NCBI RefSeq assembly: GCF_032191835.1
Contig: NC_083225.1
Span: 148,924,001 to 148,988,000, forward strand
Source of the DNA: Heteronotia binoei
Lineage: Eukaryota
Length of the DNA: 64,000 bases
Direction: 5' to 3'
The notes below the pieces were generated by a model, which worked only from the letters and a program-made list of their open reading frames with translations, was not told the origin of the DNA and did not search any database. Positions 11,880 to 22,231 of the stretch are shown piece by piece; the first letter of the stretch is position 1, and each line of letters starts with the position of its first letter. The position numbers were made by a program, and so were the translations under genes.

Positions 11880-12588
11880 ATCCACTTCTAAAAATACAAA
11901 AGACACAATCTACAAAATAAATAAGTGTGTAATAAAATATGCTAAAGGAGAAAATACTTCCTTGTTCCTGACCCTATTCCACTGCCAAATTATTGACCTG
12001 AAGCAATTCATTTAGACAGATGGAAAAACATGTGGGAAATTGTAGTGAACAGAATGAACTACGCATGGGATAAGCCTGTGGGGCATCCACAAGCCAAGGC
12101 ACACCAGTGTCCATAAAGTCTTGTTAGAATCTGGATTTTGTTGCATGCCAGTAAGATTCTAGTCCTTGTTGTTGTGGTGGTTTTAGATAACTGCAAATGC
12201 AGTTTTAAAAGCCTGAAAAAAGGAGTTAAGTTTTTTTAAAAATACCTATAGCTGTTTTTCCGTCGTCACATTTTCTGATCTCATATCAAGATTTTTCAAC
12301 AGCAATTTATGTTTCATTCCTTAAATGTGTTGCGAACTCCAAGTAGAGAAATTCAAAGAAATTTAGGGGTGAAGCTTGGGGAGGGCAGAGTTTGGGGAGA
12401 GGAGGAAATTCAGCAGGTTCTCTGGGTGAACTGATCCTTATAGACTGGAGAACAGTTGTAATTCTGGAAGCTCTCCAGGGCTCACCTGGAAGTTGGAAAC
12501 CCTATTTAGAATGTTTGCAGCGTGCTTACAATGTTTTATCTGACATTTGCTAAGCAGATGTAAATCCTATGCAAATAATATTAATAAT

Positions 12589-12807
12589 TAGAGTTGGCAA
12601 ACTCCAGGTAGCACCTGGACTTCTTCCACTAGTAAAATTGATCTCCGGACAACACAGATCAGTTCCCCTGAAGAAAAGGGCTGTTTTGGAGGGTGGACTC
12701 TATGGCATTATATCCTGCTGAGGTCCTTCCCCTCCCCAAACCCTTCCCTCCCCAGGCTTTACCCCCAAAATCTCCAGGTATTTCCTAACCTAGAGCTGGC
12801 CACCCTA
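12589..12807. mobile_element. TAGGGTTGCCA-family hAT-type MITE
   Basis: Termini TAGAGTTGGCA / TGGCCACCCTA; TSD TTAATAAT/TTAATTAC (6/8). A truncated sister copy lies at ~12330-12504. Confidence 0.7.
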
Positions 12808-13237
12808 TTAATTACATATTATTAACTTTTATTAAATGTTGCCCTCTTGATAGGATTTTATTGTGGCATTCAGGATCACAGAAGTTGCCTATTAGTTGCC
12901 CTAAACAAAACTTGAAAGATGACTACCAGCGTTTCAACACTAAAGAAGAAACAGTCTGATTTGGGGGAACTGCTATTATAAGATAGAGGGAGACAACTGT
13001 GGATGCTGTATATGATTTGCACTTCTAGCCCCTTCATGTCATCCAACCAGAGTTCTGTTGCAGAGCCCGGGAGGACTGGCATTCTTCACTTGAGGGTCAG
13101 TTCACATATGACAAGGTTTATGTGTCCTCATGTAGATTTTCAACAGACATGTTCAGGAATTCCCATCTGGAAATTTAATTCCTAGGAATGTGTGGACCCA
13201 ATGTGGATCACAATCATGATACACAGGAAGAAGAGGT

Positions 13238-13565
13238 GTCACCCCTGGGGGTGAAGAGGCAGAGCAGAAACACAGCCCTAAGAAAGGCAGCAGCTTAGTA
13301 GCAAAGCCAAGGAAAAACTAGTTGGGCCTGAAAGAGCAAGGGAAGAGCAGACAGGAGGTAGACCAACCATCATTTCCTCCCGATGGAACGAAAACCTCCT
13401 CAAGAGCAAAAACCTCTTCAAGAGAAAGGGTCTGCTCAAAAATTAAGAGCTAGGAAGCAGGAAGTGGGAGTGGCCTGGGGAAGATGGATAAAAGGTCCCA
13501 GCTGAAGACAATAAAGGGGCAACTGGCTGGGGTGGAGTCTGAGAGGGACCTCAGCATGGTATAAT
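13238..13565 (+). mobile_element. Partial LTR related to the solo LTR at 48080
   Basis: Shares CACAGCCCTAA, GGATAAAAGG(T/C)CCCAGCTGAAGA and other blocks with 48080-48580. Confidence 0.5.
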
Positions 13566-13567
13566 GC

Positions 13568-13735
13568 TAGGGTTGTCAAGTCCCCCATTGCCTCTGGCAC
13601 AATGACATCACTCGCAAGTGACATCATCACGCCAGCAATGTCATGCGCTGGCCGCTCTAGGAGCTTCCAGGAAAACTCTATAGTTTTCCCAGATGGTCTA
13701 GCAATTTGGGATGGAAAACTCTATGGTACAATAGG
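13568..13735. mobile_element. Truncated TAGGGTTGCCA-family MITE (TGACATCA-containing subtype)
   Basis: TAGGGTTGTCA start; internal similarity to 48784-49225. Confidence 0.55.
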
Positions 13736-13747
13736 TTTGCTGTCACT

Positions 13748-14028
13748 GACCAGTTTGCTGTAGTGGTTAAGTGTACAGACTCTTATTTGGGAAAACTGGG
13801 TTTGATTCCCCGCTCCTCCACTTGCAACTGCTAGAATGGCCTTGGGTCAGTCATAGCTCTCATAGAGCTGTCCTTGAAAGAGCAGCTTCTGTGATAGCTC
13901 TCTCAGCCCCACCTACCTCACAGGGTGTCTGTTGTGGGGGAGGAGATTGTAGGGTGCTTCGAGACTCTGAGAATCAGTGAGTGGGATATAAATCCAATAT
14001 CATCATCTTCTTCTTTTTCTTCTTCTTC
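13748..14028 (+). mobile_element. Squam3-like SINE, full length
   Basis: Same family head and body; (TCA/TCT)n tail. Confidence 0.9.
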
Positions 14029-14466
14029 GTATTTTAAGAATTCAGGTTTTAGAGGTCAAAATATTGGTATTCCTGTTCTTTTCAGGTTCCAAATATCAGT
14101 TTGGGTTTTCTTCTTTCATGATTTTGGTATTATTTCACTCCATTATTCCATATGGAGAATATTTCTGGAAGGCTAGAAGCACTTTATAAAAATTGCAGTG
14201 AAGAATTGGGTCAAGAGGCCCAATTTATGGTCCCCTGAGCAAAATTCCTCCAGCCATCCTCCATTGATTGCTATGGTGTATATGTTGGGGGAATCCCATG
14301 CTTTCTCCAGGGCAAAGAATAGCCAGAGACACACAAGTAAGTAATGCAACCCATGCCCCAAAGCCTCTCAAATCAGACAGAACCAACAAGCCCAAAGAGC
14401 CAAAGCAGAATTAGGGAACCCTGGCAGAACCATGGGACAATGTGGCAAACCTAACACAGTGGATGT

Positions 14467-14568
14467 CTCTCTCGCTCTCTCTCGGCTTGACTTCGCGAAC
14501 GAAGATTTAAGAAGGGTGCAGTAGTCCACGTCTGCTGCAGGCTCGCTGGTGGCTGACAAGACCAATGC
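14467..14568 (-). mobile_element. RTE-clade LINE 3' stub (~100 bp)
   Basis: Near-identical to 29020-29120 (...CACCCTTCTTAAATCTTCGTTCGCGAAG...(GA)n); 11-bp TSD ACAGTGGATGT at 14456-14466 and 14584-14594. Confidence 0.9.
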
Positions 14569-15405
14569 GGATGTACATCCAATACAGTGGATGTACAACC
14601 CACAAATCCAACCAAGTGTCATCCCAGGGAATCTTCCAACCCAAAGAAAATAGAAGCTGTTGCAAACATAACAAATGTACAACCAGAGAATTTATGCCAA
14701 AGTAGAACCTGAGAGTCAAAGGCTGGGTCCAACCAGCAGCTTGGGGTGGCAGCCTCCTGTCCCAAAATAAACTGGCAGAGAAGAAAGCACCCTGGATGCA
14801 GTCAGACAGCACATGACCCACTGCCAGGACATGGCTGGGCTGCACATGCTCTGGAGGAGCAGTCAGACCTCTCAAGCGCTTAAGCAGTGCTTCCCAGGAG
14901 CTCCCTGGCCGTTCAGCTAGGAAAGATGGCAGAGAAGTGGAGGATTTGCTACTTCTTAGGAAGTAGTAGCTTTTTCAGATGCTTCAATGATGCTGGAGGA
15001 TAGGGTGAGTACAGGAGCAGGACAGTCTCCAGATGTTCACATCTAAATGTTATTTTTAAATCCATCTGGCTGCCATCCCTGTGTCACCTCAGACTACCTG
15101 TCTGGACCCAGCCAAAAGCAATGCTGAACCCAAGAATCCACTGTAAACTCAAATTAGACAACAAACCAACTCACACAAAGAAAACAGTGTTTCAAGACTA
15201 GTGAAACCAATTTAAAAGAACAGACTCAAAGTGAAACCAACACAGCAAGCCAATAACAAGCCCAGGAAGGCACAGATGCACAGAAAAAATGAAAATGCAA
15301 TCCTGGGAACTTTCAAACGCTGACTCTTGATTTTTACAACTAAATTCATAGCCCAAATATTTTTGGGTTCCATCTCCAAGTATCCTAGAAAAACTCAGAT
15401 ACCAT

Positions 15406-15616
15406 NNNNNNNNNNNNNNNNNNNNNNNNNNNNNNNNNNNNNNNNNNNNNNNNNNNNNNNNNNNNNNNNNNNNNNNNNNNNNNNNNNNNNNNNNNNNNNN
15501 NNNNNNNNNNNNNNNNNNNNNNNNNNNNNNNNNNNNNNNNNNNNNNNNNNNNNNNNNNNNNNNNNNNNNNNNNNNNNNNNNNNNNNNNNNNNNNNNNNNN
15601 NNNNNNNNNNNNNNNN
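15406..15616. other. Assembly gap (N run)
   Basis: Ns in sequence. Confidence 1.
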
Positions 15617-16521
15617 TTGGACCAGATATATATGAATGCAAATCCCTAACTGGCAGGACAACACACACACTTTCTAGCTTCAGTACAAGCAAATGTATGC
15701 CCTCAGGTTTCCACTAGTACAAAATAATTGGTTGCTGTGAAGTGTATGATGGTGTTGTAAATGCACTGATGTTGTAAATACTGTTACCTCTCCAAAAAGT
15801 ACTGTAGCCTTTTCAGTAACTGGAAAGGGGAAGAACCAGAATAACATAGATTAAACTAATAAAATATATGCATTTTTAAAACCAAGTTCATTTTACAATG
15901 GTGCCATTACTACAAGAATCCCACCCTAAAAAAGTAAGAGATGTTGGTATCTTAATTTAAGGCTGGCTGTGTGACTAAAGTAATTAAAGAAACCCATATG
16001 TAATGTCAGGTCTTCCACCCACTCAAACCTTTAGTCAAATCAAAACAAAAAAAAATTTACATCCTTGAAAGACAGCAGCTATGGAAAAACATAGGCCTCT
16101 GTAAAGCCTGTTCTTCAGTACTGCCAAATGGATTTCTGATTAACACTTCCATCAATTTGGCAACATGATTAAAACACTACCAATTTAAAGTTGGTTTGAA
16201 ATGTAAACTGAAATTGGAATCTCATTCTTTCCTTCCAAGAGCTGTTTGTCACGCAGTGGAGACAGAGGAAATGTGACATGTCCCTTATGCCAAGTCTGAT
16301 CTCATAACATATCACTTCCTAGGAATCTATGGTGTCAAAAATGTGACACCACAAGGAGGCCCTTAAGTCAAAACAGATCAGAGGATGGCAATGCTTGCAT
16401 GCATTTCTCTGCTGAAGAGAAACTCGTTGAATCAGAGACCCTACACAGGATGGTGATGGCTAAAATATAAGAGTTGGGGAGGGGGGACAAGGAACCACTA
16501 ACAGTTAAGAAATGTAGAATA

Positions 16522-16600
16522 AAGTTGGAGCCCAGTAGCACCTTTAAGACCAACAAAGTTTTATTCAAGGTATGAGCTTTAAAAAATGAAACTTTGTTCT
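16522..16600. mobile_element. Penelope-like element remnant (target of the hAT insertion; continues at ~17785-17812)
   Basis: CCAGTAGCACCTTTAAGACCAACAAAGTTTTATT...ATGAGCTTT and AAACTTTGTTCT...TCAGACCAACACAGCTGCCCACCTG resemble reptile PLE terminal repeats. Confidence 0.5.
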
Positions 16601-16604
16601 AGTG

Positions 16605-17776
16605 CAGGGGTCCTCAACCTACGGCCCGCGGGACAGATGCGGCCCGCTGAGGACGTTTATGCGGCCCGCCAGGTCCCTCCCCTGGATTTGGCAGCGCCTC
16701 CCTCCTGCTCTGGCAAGTCCCAGGAACTTGAATCAAACTTTTATTTTTAACCTTGCGGATGCTCATTCCTTACCCCTCTGGGGAGCCGCGAGAGCTGGGC
16801 ACGAAACTGCGCGGGGAGAGAGGCGGCGGCAGCAGCAGGCGAGGTGAGCGGAGGGGCTCGCACGAGGCAGGAGCCGTTGGGGCGAGGAGGAGGGTGAGGG
16901 AGGCGGGCAGGGCATGCGCTGACGGGCGAAGTGAAGTTGCAGATGCCGAGGGAAGGAGAGAGGGAGGAAGGAAGCTGCCGCACGTGCCCCTGTATTGTTT
17001 CGGACCCGCAGCGTTAGGTGGCGGTCGGCGCAAGCGGAGCAGTCCAAGGTCAGAGGCTCCAGAGAGAGAGACGCGAGCAGGCGCGTCCGCACTGACCTGG
17101 AAAGGGGGAGGGGTTCTGCCTCGGCTCTCTTTCCCTCACTTTGGGAGAAGTTGTGCGGAGTCTGGGGCTGGGGGTGCGCAGGGAGGCAAGCGTCTCGGGC
17201 GCACACCTGGGCGAAGTGGGAGGGGGGCGTGCTCAGGCACTGCCCCCTTCGGAGCACGAGTGGCGCCACATGGAAGGGCCACTGAGGAAGCTCTGCGGGG
17301 TGGGGGGATATAGTTGTGTGTGGTGAAGAGTTGTTGAGAAAACAGGCATGCAGACAGGGATACCTCTATTGTGGCTGCCCCCAGCCTGGCTGGAAGCACG
17401 CACAGGTGTAGGAGAACAACACCTGGGGGGGAAAAAACCCTTGGCCTGTGTTCCAGACTTTTGGTGGCATCGGCGGTGCCCATCCGTCAAAGTAAGCGGC
17501 GTGCCTGGAGCTCGCCTCCCCCTCCCCCAGCCCTTGGCTGACAGACAGTGACTTCTCCAAAGTGACTCCCATTGAAATACTGGCAAGTTTGTTGATTTAA
17601 CTTTACTTCATTTTAAATATTGTATTTGTTCCCGTTTTGTTTCTTCACTTCAAAATAAGATATACGCAGCATGCATAGGAATTTGTTCATAGTTTTTGTT
17701 TTTACTATAGTCCGGCCCTCTAACAGTCTGAGGGACAGTGAACTGGCCCCCTATTTAAAAAGGTTGAGGACCCCTG
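16605..17776. mobile_element. Non-autonomous hAT (Charlie/OC1-like) element with ~0.9 kb GC/CpG-rich cargo
   Basis: Perfect 16-bp TIR CAGGGGTCCTCAACCT; perfect 8-bp TSD TTCTAGTG (16597-16604, 17777-17784); no transposase ORF. Confidence 0.92.
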
Positions 17777-17942
17777 TTCTAGTGCGTCAGACCAACACAG
17801 CTGCCCACCTGCTTTAAGGGATGTGTTGCCTTACAAAGGTTTCATTTTTAAGGGATATCAGTGAGCCAGTGAAAATATAGCAGACTATGTTGTAGAGGTC
17901 TATTACCTTGCTGAATGCAGGGCCAAGGCCAAGCAATGGCCT

Positions 17943-17978
17943 TGAAGGAGAGCCCCTGAATAATTAATTAATACCCCC

Positions 17979-18020
<42 letters not shown>

Positions 18021-18429
18021 TGCTATATTGAATAAGAGCATGTTTTGCCTTCAAACTAAAGTGTCTGTTACAATGCTGCCATTAGAAATTGACTACCGTC
18101 CAGTGGCTGGGAGTTGCAGCTGGAAAGATTAGATAAGAGAGCAGCCTCCTACAGAAAACTTGCTGTGGATAGATAGTGCGGAGGAATCGTGTCATGGAAA
18201 TTTACTGAGGAGAGGTCCGTGAGGCATGATCTTTGAAATCAGATAAGTTAAGCAAGCAGCTTACTCGCTTGCTTGCTTGCTTGCTTACTAGAAAAACTAT
18301 ATGCACTTAGGGAAAGGCATCTCAGTCATTTGGGGGCCCATGCCTGACTGAGTCCTATCTTTTGGTGCCAAAAGTAAACCTCGCTTCATACCAGTAAGTC
18401 TGTGCAGACCTCGTTATTTCTCTGCTTCA
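17943..18429 (+). repeat. ERV 5' LTR
   Basis: TGAAGG...GCTTCA; aligns to 29681-30206; AGTAAA polyA-like signal at ~18373; internal (AAT)n and (GCTT)n. Confidence 0.9.
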
Positions 18430-18432
18430 TTT

Positions 18433-18453
18433 TGGTGCGTTGGCCAATGGGAA
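18433..18453 (+). promoter_or_regulatory. Primer-binding site, tRNA-Gly type
   Basis: TGGTGCGTTGGCC-aat-GGGAA versus TGGTGCGTTGGCCGGGAA (complement of the tRNA-Gly(UCC) 3' end), 3 nt after the LTR CA. Confidence 0.8.
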
Positions 18454-19133
18454 AATAATGGGGTAGGACATTTCCTTCCCCTTGAGGTGGCTGCATAAGT
18501 GTCCGCCTTCCACCCTCATGACGGGAAGATCGAACTAGGCACCACGTGGTCACATTTTTTATCGCATCCAGCTCTCTTCACTCCAGTGGGGGAAGGTGTC
18601 CGATTCGCCAACCAAAATCCCACGCCTGGTTGAACCGATGTATCCAGGGAATCAGAAGATCTTCAGGATTGTGCGTATGAACTGTCTGGGAATTCTGATT
18701 ACTTCTCCTTAGGAGAGATGAAGGGTCTGATCACCCCTTAAGCTCTGTCTATTAGGCTCCGCTTTGGAGCTGAAGCACAGAAGCTATGATCTGGGAGGAT
18801 TTCTGTGGGGTGTGTGCGTGTATGAATGAGAGGAAGCGAAGCCTCTAAGTAAGAGGGACTTTCATTGTGCAGTTCCCAGTAGGGCGACCTCACTGGGTCA
18901 TGAGAGAGAGGAAGTGAAAACCCCCAGGGCTCCCTGGCTATCCAGACCCTTACTGGAGGCTGCTGTTTCTGTTTTTCCTAGAAGTATCTTGTCTAAACAT
19001 CTGGTGCCATGGGTGGAAATCAGTCAAAAACCCCACTAGAGTACATGTGTAAAAACTTCAAGGAACATTTCTGTGATGATTATGGAGTGAAATTGACTCC
19101 CAGAACTCTGAAAGCATTATGTCAGAAAGATTG

Positions 19134-19809
19134 AAAATGTCAAGACAGTGTGCGTTTGCAATAAAAAAGGCCAACGCCATGCTGGGAATTATTAGGAAGG
19201 GAATTGAAAACAAATCAGCCAGTATCATAATGCCCCTGTATAAATCGATGGTGCGGTCTCATTTGGAGTACTGTGTGCAGTTCTGGTCGCCACACCTCAA
19301 AAAGGATATAGCATTTGAGAAAGTCCAGAAAAGGGCAACTAGAATGATTAAAGGGCTGGAGCACTTTCCCTATGAAGAAAGGTTGAAACGCTTGGGACTC
19401 TTTAACTTGGAGAAACGTCGACTGCGGGGTGACATGATAGAGGTTTACAAGATAATGCATGGGATGGAGAAAGTAGAGAAAGAAGTACTTTTCTCCCTTT
19501 CTCACAATACAAGAACTCGTGGGCATTCGATGAAATTGCTGAGCAGGCAGGTTAAAACGGATAAAAGGAAGTACTTCTTCACCCAAAGGGTGATTAACAT
19601 GTGGAATTCACTGCCACAGGAGGTGGTGGCGGCCACAAGTATAGCCACCTTCAAGAGGGGTTTAGATAAAAATATGGAGCACAGGTCCATCAGTGGCTAT
19701 TAGCCACAGTGTGTGTGTATATATAAAAATTTTTGCCACTGTGTGACACAGAGTGTTAGACTGGATGGGCCGTTGGCCTGATCCAACATGGCTTCTCTTA
19801 TGTTCTTAT
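19134..19809 (+). mobile_element. CR1 LINE 3' end inserted into gag MA
   Basis: ORF 19119-19703 is the CR1 ORF2 C-terminus (LYKSMVRSHLEYCVQFWSP...KYFFTQRVINMWNSLP); tail TTCTCTTATGTTCTTAT. Confidence 0.92.
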
Positions 19810-20447
19810 CGGGTGCCCTTTCATGTAGAATGGCCGCCCGAGGGTACCTTTGACCAAGGCTTGGTTCACAAAGTTTACAAGAGTATAGCACAGTCCCCAA
19901 GTCATGCAAGTCAGTTCCGCTACATTGACAGTTGGAAAGCAATGGTGCAGAAGTCTTACTGGTGGCCAGAAAAGTTGCAGAGGATGAAGGAAAAATGGGC
20001 TCAGAGGGCTGCTTTATGGCTTTGTATCAGGACATGTTAAAAAAAACAATGACCCCTCCAAAGAAGGAAAAGCCCCCAGTGTTAGATGCAGACCCAGAAG
20101 ACTTCTTGGCTAGTCCCCCCCATATGCTCCAGTGTATCCACCTCTCCTGATGCCACCAGCTGAAGGAGGTGCCAGGGCAGCGGAAGGCAAGGCTGAAGGT
20201 GAGAGCCAAGCGCAGCTAGTTAAAAGTGCTCCAGAAACCTTTGATGAGGAGAACCAGGAAGTAGGGACGAGTGAGGAAGCCGGGGCTGTAAAAGGACGAG
20301 CAAGATCTCTGCAAACTTTAAATCCAATCCAGTAGCTGTTTACTGAACAATCGTTCCATGCAACACCCCACCCCCCCCGTGTCTAATAGTCAGAGGTTAG
20401 CTGCACGTTTCAGTTCGCCCCTAGGATTTTCCTCTAACACTGAACTC

Positions 20448-21043
20448 TGTCACGGGCTGGGGCCAGGTCAGGTGAAGTCCAGGGGCAGTCCAAGGTCTGT
20501 AGCTGGGTAGCAAGGAGGGTCCAAAGCGCCAAAACCGAATCACAGTCCAGGTATCGTAGGTCAGAGGTTCAGAAGCCGAAGTCAGGGGCTCCAGAAGTCA
20601 ATGCCAGAGTCAGGGGGTCCAGAAGCTGAAGTCAGAAGCCGAAGTGGATGCTAGAACGTCAGGTAAGTGACTAGTTGCTTCCACAAAGCCTTCTCTCAAA
20701 GCCCACAGCTATATAGGCCTCTGCTGTCTGTTGCCCATTTGGGCTAATTGCTGACTCAGAGGGCAGCCAGGATCCTGCTGAGACTCAAGCACCCTCACTC
20801 CTAGAAGGGCCAGAATCCTTTCAAAACTCAGGGCTCAGGGAGCGTCTTGTTCATGAGCATGCCGCCCTCCTCCGATCCCTGAGGTCCTGACGAAGGCGGT
20901 CACGCACACGAGCCACCCGAGAGGGCGAGGCAGGGGGGCTTGGATCTTCTCCAGCAGGAGGCAGGGGCACTGGTGCAGGTGGCAGGGGCACAGTTTCTTC
21001 TGCAGGCTTGGCTTCTTCTGCAGGGCCCCCAGCACCCATGACA
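20448..21043 (-). mobile_element. Solo LTR (Gypsy-like) inserted into gag
   Basis: Inverted termini TGTCACGGG / CCCATGACA; perfect 5-bp TSD AACTC (20443-20447, 21044-21048); minus-strand TATA at ~20712. Confidence 0.85.
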
Positions 21044-22231
21044 AACTCTCTCTCAGTACTGAGCAAACTTCCAGCCCCTCCACGGTCTCCTTCTTGACTC
21101 TTCCAGGTTTTATATCTGGCGCAGAGGGCTCTTTGCTGGCTCCCCTCCGAGAAATCCATGTTCCACAACAGCCCGGCCTTGGCATTGAAACCCAATACAT
21201 GTACGTGCCTTTCACTTCAAGTGATCTAATAAATTGGAAGGCTCATACTGTAGCATTTTCTGACAATCCTACCCCAATAACTAATCTGCTAACCAGTATT
21301 ATGGCCACACATCAGCTCACCTATGCAGACTGTCAACAGCTTTTACTGACCCTCTTTACAACAGAGGAGAGAAGCCACATTCTGCATCATGCCCGAAAGT
21401 ATGTAGAGGGAAAAGTCCCCCCAGAAACTGCAGATAGAGAGGAGTGGATAATAGCCCATTTTCCTGCAAAAGACCCAAAATGGGATACCAATGGCCATGA
21501 GTCCAAAGAGCGTCTACCAGAATACACACAGGCAATCTTAGAAGGAATGAAAGAGGCAGGCAAGAAGCCTATTTTCAAAGTCAGTGAAGTTCTCCAGAAA
21601 GTAGATGAGAGCCCTGGAGCTTTTGCTGAGCGTTTGATGCAAGCATTCCAAATGTATAGTCCATTTGATCCAGAGGCTGCAGAAAACTTGCGCATGGTAA
21701 ATACAGCTTTCGTTGCCCAATCGTATACTGACATTCGCAAGAAGCTCCAGAAGCAAGACGGCTTTGCAGGCATGAATTTATCCCAATTGCTAGAGATTGC
21801 CCAGAAAGTTTATGCCAATCAAGATGTAGACCAGAAACGGGAGGCAGAAAGAAAAATGAAAAAGAAGGCTGATCTGTTGGCAGTAGCTCTGGCTGGGCAG
21901 ACATCAATGAGAGGCAGAGGAGCTGTCCGGGGGCAAGGAATGAATGGCAGGAATCAAAGATCTGCAATGACTAATTTAGACCCAAACCAGTGTGTGTACT
22001 GTAAAGAATTTGGGCACTGGAGAGACTCATGCCTTAATCGACCCCACCCTCCGCACACAAGAGATCCAAAGTGCCCCTAAACAGATGACAGGACTGAAGT
22101 TTAGAGACCATGGGAGCAGAGGAGCCAGAGGAAGGGGCAGAGGAAGATGTCAGGTCCAGAGTGGTAGATATCAGAGGAACGAAGAGGCGCCTGTGTAAGG
22201 TCTGGTTGGACTGGAAGGATGGGAAGACTAG

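Larger units (their letters stand above)
19009..22231 (+). pseudogene. gag: ERV gag (interrupted by CR1 and solo LTR; frameshifts)
   Basis: Myristoylation start MGGNQS; MA LCQKDW|VPFHVEWPPEGTFD continuous across the CR1; MHR QKVDESPGAFAERL; single CCHC knuckle CVYCKEFGHWRDSC; amber TAG at 22229-22231 before pro. Confidence 0.9.

Noticed and set aside
15198-15692. Long ORFs in the ORF track
   Set aside because: Artefacts of translating through the N gap
16753-17586. Several overlapping ORFs of 87-186 aa on both strands
   Set aside because: Expected from high GC; G/R/A/P-rich with no domain; no transposase
17939-17942. ERV target-site duplication
   Set aside because: Only GCCT versus TCCT (30207-30210), 3/4; noted but too weak to assert
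21387-21967. Antisense ORFs over gag
   Set aside because: Shadow frames of the gag ORF; no independent features
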